Source: Nitrospira sp. CG24B
GTDB taxonomy: Bacteria > Nitrospirota > Nitrospiria > Nitrospirales > Nitrospiraceae
DNA: 64,000 nucleotides
Reading direction: 5' to 3'
Assembly (NCBI GenBank): GCA_002869845.2
Contig: NEWS02000003.1
Location: 11,607-75,606 of the forward strand
Positions within the stretch are counted from its first letter, which is position 1. The number at the start of each line of letters is the position of its first letter. The notes under the pieces were generated by a model, which saw only the letters and a list, made by a program, of their open reading frames with translations, was not told where the DNA came from and searched no databases. Made by a program: the position numbers and the translations under genes. This document shows positions 57,600 through 64,000 of this stretch, piece after piece.

Positions 57600-58907
57600 C
57601 TAGGAATGCGCAACCATCATCCCGGCTTGTGCTTCCTGAGAGGGACACCGCTGCAGCCGAATATGCTCTTCATATTCGTGACGGAATAACTTGAGACTGC
57701 TCTGCACCAAAACCGATGCGCCGGTCACGAGGGTACAGTATCCGGTCCCTTTGACAAATCCGCAGAGCTGCAGCATGCTGTCGAGATCTTTCTGTGTGCC
57801 GTTGCCTTCTTCGATCTTCGTCATCAGTGCGGCAAGGTTCATCGTCCCCATTCGACAAGGAGGACATTGCCCGCAACTCTCGTTCTTGAAAAAATTTGAA
57901 AAGTGCAGCGTTTTTGCCACCATGCAGGTGGATTCGTCTACGACGATCATCCCGGCTGAACCTAACCCCGTGCCGGCTTTTTTCAGTGAATCGAAGTCCA
58001 TCGTGAGATCGAGCTGATCCGCCGTCACCATGGGGAAGGCTGGACCACCGGGAAAAACAGCCTTGATCTTGCGGCCATTCGGCACTCCGCCACCACATTG
58101 CTCAATCACCTTGCGGATTGTCACACCCATGGGCATTTCATACACGCCAGGACAATTGACCGCCCCGCTCAACGAAAACATCATTGTCCCCGGACACTTC
58201 TCCGTCCCCACCTGCGTGAACCATGAGGAGCCTTTATGGAGAATCCGTGGAATGTTGCACAGCGTCTCCACGTTGTTGACAAGAGTCGGTTTGCCATAGA
58301 GACCGAAGTCCGTCGGATAGAACGGCGGCTTCTGTCTCGGCATCGCCGGACGGCCTTGCATCGACTCAAGCATAGCCGTCTCTTCACCGGCCACATAGCT
58401 GCCATGGCCGTCAAAAATCTCCAGCTCAATGTCGATCCCGCTGCCAAGCACATTCTTCCCGATAAATCCGCGCTCTCGTGCTTGGGCGATGGCCCTCTTC
58501 AGATTCTGCTGTTCTTCGTGATATTCATGATTGATATAGATGAAGGACGCCTTCGCATTGACCGTGTGGGACGCGATCAGACAGCCTTCGATCAACTGAT
58601 GCGGCAACGTTTTCAATAAGTGGCGATCTTTGAACGTACCCGGCTCGTGCTCCCCAGCATTACACACGAAATAGCGTTCAGGGACTCGATGGTTCAGAAC
58701 CTTGTCCCATTTAATTCCTGTCGGAAACCCTGCTCCACCCCGCCCTCGCAGGCCGGACTTCTTCAGCTCGTCAATCACTTGAGTCGCCTTCAACTCTTTC
58801 ACACAACGCTTCCAGGCTTCATAACCACCGACTTTGAGGTACCCCTCAATCTCCCAAGGAGCACCCTCCATCTGTTGGACAAGGCGTGGTTCTGCAGCAG
58901 TAGGCAT
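57600..58907 (-). CDS. nuoF: Stand-alone NuoF-like FMN/[4Fe-4S] flavoprotein
   Basis: LRGRGGAGFPTG.KW, EPGTFKDR, GEETA, PPFYP..GLYGKPT..NNVET, ESCGQCPPCR..C. The ORF-track ATG 58967 lies inside the promoter, so ATG 58907 was used. Confidence 0.9.
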   Translation of the reverse strand: MPTAAEPRLVQQMEGAPWEIEGYLKVGGYEAWKRCVKELKATQVIDELKKSGLRGRGGAGFPTGIKWDKVLNHRVPERYFVCNAGEHEPGTFKDRHLLKTLPHQLIEGCLIASHTVNAKASFIYINHEYHEEQQNLKRAIAQARERGFIGKNVLGSGIDIELEIFDGHGSYVAGEETAMLESMQGRPAMPRQKPPFYPTDFGLYGKPTLVNNVETLCNIPRILHKGSSWFTQVGTEKCPGTMMFSLSGAVNCPGVYEMPMGVTIRKVIEQCGGGVPNGRKIKAVFPGGPAFPMVTADQLDLTMDFDSLKKAGTGLGSAGMIVVDESTCMVAKTLHFSNFFKNESCGQCPPCRMGTMNLAALMTKIEEGNGTQKDLDSMLQLCGFVKGTGYCTLVTGASVLVQSSLKLFRHEYEEHIRLQRCPSQEAQAGMMVAHS

Positions 58908-58938
58908 AACTATCCCGTCAGTGAGTTCCCAAAGTTCA

Positions 58939-58974
58939 AGCCGTACTATACGGCTCCACCTCTTCATCCGTCAA
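58939..58974 (-). promoter_or_regulatory. nuoF operon promoter with palindromic operator
   Basis: TTGACG-N18-TATAGT; perfect 7-bp inverted repeat AGCCGTA-cta-TACGGCT (58939-58955) over the -10. Confidence 0.65.
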
Positions 58975-59121
58975 GGAGACGAGCCTAAATAGGCCTGAAT
59001 CTCAAGCAGTTAGGACTAGTTGACCTACTCTGATGCTGGGTATAGAGGGGTAAGAGAGATAAGGTCGGAAGATAAAATTTGGCCGGTAGGTCACCCCACC
59101 GGCCAAAGAAAAGTATGAGTT

Positions 59122-59709
59122 CTATCTGAAATGGCTGCCAGCTCCCATGAAAAACAGCATGGGAATCGAGAGCATGAAGTTCACGCGAGAGGCCAACAAG
59201 GCAGTCCGTCCCCATTGCGCCATCTCAGGTGGCGCCGGAGTGCCCTGTGCGGCTGCGGTGACGGCGGCAATGATCTTCTTTTGGTTCGGCCAGATAATCC
59301 CATGGACATTGCCCATCATGATGATACCGAGCAACCCACCAATCGCCAAGGCCACCGCTCCTGTTCCGCCTTTATGATACATGTGGCCATACAACAACAC
59401 CCCTGCCACCACGGTGACAGTGGCTCCATGTCGGAACCAATTGAGTGCAGCCGGCATCAGTTTCGGAATCACGATATTCTTGGTCGGCCCATCCAGGCTT
59501 TTCAAGAACGAGGCATTGATCAAGTTGAAGAAATACAAGAGCCCGATCCAGGTGATCCCGGCCAGGAAGTGCACCCAGCGAAGGACCAGGGAAGCCCACT
59601 CGGCTTCACCCGCACCAATACCGGTTAAACCCAAATATATCCCTACCAACACGATGGTGAGCACAAATCCCACCCCCATCGTCTGCATCGGATCTTCAAG
59701 AAATTTCAT
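59122..59709 (-). CDS. Urate_ox_N / PuuD-like membrane protein without cytochrome c domain
   Basis: RWVHFLAGITWIG..YF, WFRHGA, NVHGIIWPNQKK, SRVN..LSIPML..M; no CxxCH. Confidence 0.8.
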   Translation of the reverse strand: MKFLEDPMQTMGVGFVLTIVLVGIYLGLTGIGAGEAEWASLVLRWVHFLAGITWIGLLYFFNLINASFLKSLDGPTKNIVIPKLMPAALNWFRHGATVTVVAGVLLYGHMYHKGGTGAVALAIGGLLGIIMMGNVHGIIWPNQKKIIAAVTAAAQGTPAPPEMAQWGRTALLASRVNFMLSIPMLFFMGAGSHFR

Positions 59710-59849
59710 TGCTCTCTCCTCTGAACGGTTAACTGTCTAACCCATTGTCTGTACTGTAGTGTTTCTTCGAATGTCAAGCGCACGAATGCCCTTCGTCGGC
59801 ACGACGCCGGCCGCCCAGAGGCACGTGAGATGATGGTGAAGGAGATTCC

Positions 59850-60791
59850 TTAGGCCATCAGCCGATCCACGGTGCGACAGAGGTCCCGCACCGCGTTGGC
59901 CGACGTATCCAATGCCGCCCGCTCATCACTCGTCAGTTCATACTCCACAATCTGCTCGGCCCCGCCCCGGCCGATCTTCACTGGCACGCCGACAACGACG
60001 TCCTTCAGTCCGTACTCCCCATCACACACGACCGCGCAAGGCATCACCTGCTTCTCGTCTTTATGGATCGATTCAACCATCGCCACCGCCGAAGCGGATG
60101 GAGCATAGAAGGCACTGCCCGTTTTCAAGAGGCCGACGATTTCAGCTCCACCATCCCGTGTTCGTTTGACGATGGCGTCGAGTTTCTCTTTCGACATCAG
60201 TTCCGACACCGGCCTGCCCCTCACAGTTGTATAGCGCGGCAGCGGCACCATCGTATCGCCGTGTCCGCCCAACACCATGGCCTGCACCTCCGTGGCCGGT
60301 ACGTTGAGTTCAGCAGCAATGAAGGTCCGCATTCTTGCCGAGTCCAACACACCCGCCATGCCGATGATTCTCGATTTCGGCAAACCACTGACGGAACGCG
60401 CCACATGGACCATGGCGTCCAAGGGGTTGGTCACAAGGATCAGGATAATATCCGGAGAGCGGGAGACTAATTCCGAGACGACAGATTTGACGATTTTCGC
60501 ATTCGTGGCCAACAACTCGTCGCGACTCATGCCCGGCTTTCTCGGCATGCCGGACGTGATCACGGCGATCGATGATCCCGCGGTTTCCGTATAGGCATTG
60601 GTGCCGAGCACCTGCGTACTGTACCCACAGACTGGCCCCGCCTGTGAAATATCGAGCGCCTTGCCCTGTGGAACCCCCTGGGCAATATCGACCAAGACCA
60701 CGTCGTAGAGATTCTTCTCAGCCAACCGCTGCGCCGTCGTCCCCCCGACGTTCCCTGCACCGACCACCGTCACTTTTGACCGTTCCATCAT
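59850..60791 (-). CDS. mdh: Malate dehydrogenase (LDH-like type)
   Basis: [46 protein letters not shown]. Confidence 0.97.
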   Translation of the reverse strand: MMERSKVTVVGAGNVGGTTAQRLAEKNLYDVVLVDIAQGVPQGKALDISQAGPVCGYSTQVLGTNAYTETAGSSIAVITSGMPRKPGMSRDELLATNAKIVKSVVSELVSRSPDIILILVTNPLDAMVHVARSVSGLPKSRIIGMAGVLDSARMRTFIAAELNVPATEVQAMVLGGHGDTMVPLPRYTTVRGRPVSELMSKEKLDAIVKRTRDGGAEIVGLLKTGSAFYAPSASAVAMVESIHKDEKQVMPCAVVCDGEYGLKDVVVGVPVKIGRGGAEQIVEYELTSDERAALDTSANAVRDLCRTVDRLMA

Positions 60792-60860
60792 TGCCACCTC
60801 GTGAAGCGTAAAACGTACCAGGTGAAGACTGACATCCCCTTCCACCTCACCCCGTAGCCG

Positions 60861-61268
60861 TCACGCATGTTCATGCTCCGTCCAGCCCGCAACTTTAAAG
60901 TTGATCGTGCAGACGAAATTATCTTCGTCATAAAAATTGACCTTGATCTTCTTCTTGCCGAATGTTGTTGCCAGAAACTCTTCCGGATTGTCGACCAGTG
61001 CCTGAAAACCACCCGGAGGATACTCAGCCAAGTCATGAAAGACCACGATCATCCCTTCTTTGACTTCCTGCAGCACTTTCACCCGGCAACGAGGATAGAC
61101 GTCCCAGAACTTGGCTTCGATCATCTCCTTCGTCGGCTCCGCACGATCTTCGCCGGGCTTCACCACCTGTCCAAACTTGGCTAAGCGACGGACATAAGGA
61201 TATTGATGCCCCGTGAAGAGCTTATACAACCAGGGGGGAACCGTCGGCTTTTCTGTCGAGTTGGTCAT
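60861..61268 (-). CDS. Hypothetical protein
   Basis: 135 aa, typical codon usage, 13 nt after the VWA gene and co-oriented with mdh. Confidence 0.8.
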   Translation of the reverse strand: MTNSTEKPTVPPWLYKLFTGHQYPYVRRLAKFGQVVKPGEDRAEPTKEMIEAKFWDVYPRCRVKVLQEVKEGMIVVFHDLAEYPPGGFQALVDNPEEFLATTFGKKKIKVNFYDEDNFVCTINFKVAGWTEHEHA

Positions 61269-61281
61269 ACGCTTGATGGCG

Positions 61282-63999
61282 TTACGCTGTCAATTGCCTG
61301 TATATGAGCGGCAGCTTGGTTGGAAGGGCTTCGACGCTATGAATGACGCAATACCGCGCCTCTGCATACATGCGATGCAGATAGGTCTCCGCTTCCCGGT
61401 CGATCGTGACGCAAAAGGTCTCGACTCCCCGTTGTCGTGCCTCCCGGAGTGCCGCTTTCGTATCTTCCAACGAGTATTCATCCTTGTACTGATCGTCCAA
61501 TGGTCTACCGTCGCTCAACAGCACGAGGACGCGGTTCTTCGCCTCCCGCGCCACCAGCTTCGCCGTGGCGTGCCGGATCGCCGCCCCGTCTCGATTCTGA
61601 TGACGAGGAGCCAAGCCACCAAGCCGATGAGCCGTCGCCGCCCCGAGTCGATCGTCGAAGTCTTTGATCGTGAGAAACTCGACCCTCCCTCGTCCTTGGC
61701 CCGAGTAGGCATAGAGTCCATACTGATCACCAACGGCATCCAGCGCTTCACACAGAAGTACCAGACCTTCCTTCTCAATGTCGATCACCCGCCGACCGGT
61801 TCCGAGGTCTCGGCTGGTTGATCCACTGATATCAATGAGGAACGCCACTGCTACGTCGCGCTCTCGCTTTTCCCGACGGATGTAGAGCCGATCGTCGCCT
61901 TCCATGCCTGCCCGCTGTTCCCCTGCTCGTCGGACCACGGCATCGAGATCCACCTCTTCCCCATCAGGTTGCCCCGCCATGCGGCGGAAGGCTGGAGGAC
62001 GCAAGCCTTCAAAAAATCGGCGCAGCGACTTGACGGTACTCTGCCGGGAGACCAACGTCTCCGTGACAAAGTCGTCGGACCCGAGGTCCGCTGGCCGTTC
62101 CACCACACGACACCAATTCATCCGGTAATCCTCAATCCGATAGTCCCATTCAGGGTAGAGAATGGCTCGTTCGCCATGAGCCATTGTTTCCTGTATCTGT
62201 TGGGCATCGACCTCAAGGGTCAGGCATTCTTCAACAACCGACGGCAATGATCGCCCTTCGCGTAACATGTCTTGGCTTCCGGATTCGTGGTCCCCGTTCC
62301 GCACCTTTTCTTCCAGCGAACGGTCCGATTCTGTTGGAGGCTTGTGTTGCTGGTCCAACTGTTCCTGACTCCACGTGATGAACTCCGGATTCATCGCGCC
62401 ACGATAGGCCACATCAGTCACTGCGCGGTATTGGTCGCCCGGCTGCTCCAATTTTGCCTGTCCCGCTTCCACATCTTTTTGTTCCTCGCACCGCTCTGCC
62501 GGTATCATCTCACTGCGAGCCGCCAGCAGCTCTTCGATCCGCCGGTAGACCGCATCGACGACACGAACTACTTCCTCAGCTGTCGCTGTGGTTTTGAGAA
62601 TGGATTCACACATGCTCCAAAGGAGCGTCACTTCTTCTTTGACGGACTTGGGAACCGCAGAATCCGCCGATTCACCGGTGGAGAGTCTCAAGAGACCGTC
62701 AACAATCAACTCCTGCACCGTCAACCCCTGAGCCGGATCACGTGGGGTAATGGATTCCTCTGCCAATCGAGCGAGGTCACACCGAAGTCCTGGGTACTCA
62801 GTTTTCAGCAAGAATTCGATCCGCGTATCTTCCAGCACAGTCCAGAGATCTCGCACCAGGATGGGGTTCGGATAGAACTGAAACAGAGCAGCCAGCGTAT
62901 CGGGTCTCACTCCATTGGTTCGACCGTACCGCTGTTGCACGGTTTCAACCAGATCGGCCAGGGATTCGAGCCTGAGTCGATACGTACCGAATTCCAAGTG
63001 CCCAGCTTCATGAGCCGCCATCACGAGATAGAGCCGCTCATTTTCCGCGGCCGTCGGATACCGACGGAGCAGCGCCGGCAACGAAATGGTGCTCCCGTCT
63101 CCGCTGACCGTCGCACGGGCTGGGGACGTCACAGAATCAGGAATCGCCGTCACGGCGACCTCGGTTCCACAGAGTCCCTGGACGAATAGTTTCACTCGTC
63201 GCGCGACCTGCCGAAACGGCACCCCGCTCAAGGCGAGTTCGACCGACGCCAGTGCTTTCCTGGACTCCACCGAAAAATAGGCCCGCGCGCCGTCTGGGCT
63301 GTAGGCCGCGACTTCCATCCCGGCCTTGAACCAATTCTCAAATCTCGTGAACGCGTCGGACCCATGTCCGATGAGTCGGACAAGTTCGGGGGCGCGACGC
63401 AGGTACTGGAGTGTCACGTCAGCATGCTTTTCAGCAAGTAACGCGCCGAACTGCAAGAGCCGGATGCGCCATTCCAGTGACGGCAACGTTCCTAAGAGGT
63501 CGGGTGACTCTGCGAGCCACGTCATACTGGACTCGGGGGAATGTTCAGCTAACACGAGGCACAGGGACACGACCTTTTCCCGAACGGCTGGGTGTTCGAT
63601 GTTTCGAAGAATGGCCGGGCTGGTCCTGAGATATTCCATGGTCGCCACGTAATCCGGCTTCCCGAGGCTATTCGGTATAATCAATTTCATGCCCAAGGTT
63701 GCCCAATCCCTCACACTTTCCAAAGGCAGCACAGGGGCGAGATTGAAAATCTGTCGAATAAACTCAAGGCCGACGACGACATTAACCTCGGTCAGTTCAA
63801 TACCGATATCGAGCCATGATCGCAATTTGCTCGGGGCGACGGTGCTTAGAATCTGCGGGGAACATCGAATGTATTCGAGCGCGACATTGGCATCCTGCTC
63901 GGCGATTTCCAGACCGATTGTCAGGACCTCGGTACGTGCATCGACTGGTTCGATCAGCCCGAGAACCATGGGACTATCCTTGAAATATTTCAGGGCAGA
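61282..63999 (-). CDS. NorD/CbbO-like von Willebrand A protein with N-terminal helical repeats (5' end beyond window)
   Basis: YPEWDYR; MIDAS DISGS; NRDGAAIRHA; LSDGRP. Frame stays open upstream of ATG 63969 (SALKYFKDSP matches the repeat unit). Confidence 0.88.
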   Translation of the reverse strand, partial: SALKYFKDSPMVLGLIEPVDARTEVLTIGLEIAEQDANVALEYIRCSPQILSTVAPSKLRSWLDIGIELTEVNVVVGLEFIRQIFNLAPVLPLESVRDWATLGMKLIIPNSLGKPDYVATMEYLRTSPAILRNIEHPAVREKVVSLCLVLAEHSPESSMTWLAESPDLLGTLPSLEWRIRLLQFGALLAEKHADVTLQYLRRAPELVRLIGHGSDAFTRFENWFKAGMEVAAYSPDGARAYFSVESRKALASVELALSGVPFRQVARRVKLFVQGLCGTEVAVTAIPDSVTSPARATVSGDGSTISLPALLRRYPTAAENERLYLVMAAHEAGHLEFGTYRLRLESLADLVETVQQRYGRTNGVRPDTLAALFQFYPNPILVRDLWTVLEDTRIEFLLKTEYPGLRCDLARLAEESITPRDPAQGLTVQELIVDGLLRLSTGESADSAVPKSVKEEVTLLWSMCESILKTTATAEEVVRVVDAVYRRIEELLAARSEMIPAERCEEQKDVEAGQAKLEQPGDQYRAVTDVAYRGAMNPEFITWSQEQLDQQHKPPTESDRSLEEKVRNGDHESGSQDMLREGRSLPSVVEECLTLEVDAQQIQETMAHGERAILYPEWDYRIEDYRMNWCRVVERPADLGSDDFVTETLVSRQSTVKSLRRFFEGLRPPAFRRMAGQPDGEEVDLDAVVRRAGEQRAGMEGDDRLYIRREKRERDVAVAFLIDISGSTSRDLGTGRRVIDIEKEGLVLLCEALDAVGDQYGLYAYSGQGRGRVEFLTIKDFDDRLGAATAHRLGGLAPRHQNRDGAAIRHATAKLVAREAKNRVLVLLSDGRPLDDQYKDEYSLEDTKAALREARQRGVETFCVTIDREAETYLHRMYAEARYCVIHSVEALPTKLPLIYRQLTA

Positions 64000-64000
64000 T

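Overview
Mostly core chromosome of a Nitrospira-like bacterium (taxon inferred from protein content). Left to right: the 5' part of a complex I operon (nuoA-B-C-D-G-I-J-K-L' on the minus strand, with no nuoE, nuoF or nuoH in this stretch); a TsaP-like/OmpA envelope protein; a PriA with lost helicase motifs; a ~9 kb two-component block next to tRNA-Leu(GAG), containing a 12-PAS NarX-type kinase, a LuxR regulator, a degenerate hybrid kinase with a Cys-less LOV-like PAS and a single-domain receiver; housekeeping genes (HAD hydrolase, queE, pepA, nagZ, APC permease, C26 and M24 peptidases, an unusual long TatA-family protein, two tandem PilZ paralogs, tig-clpP-clpX, tRNA-Leu(TAG), tRNA-Ser(GGA), SRP RNA, dnaX-ybaB-recR, dksA). 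A decaying accessory patch lies between tRNA-Val(CAC) and purA: a MazF toxin-antitoxin pair with an operator palindrome, an intact IS5-family element inserted at CTAG in an FGE-sulfatase remnant, an Asn-synthase-like gene and a Wzx flippase. The right end holds purA (promoter-proximal terminator in its leader), tRNA-Ala(GGC), ABC-F, rarA, an apparent nuoF-ferredoxin-erpA-queD-folE operon, mdh and a NorD/CbbO-like VWA protein running off the window. No CRISPR array or prophage was seen. The best candidates for an undescribed system are the stand-alone NuoF/[2Fe-2S] ferredoxin/ErpA module with its own operator, the purA leader terminator, and the PilZ pair with a GGIGGGG motif.
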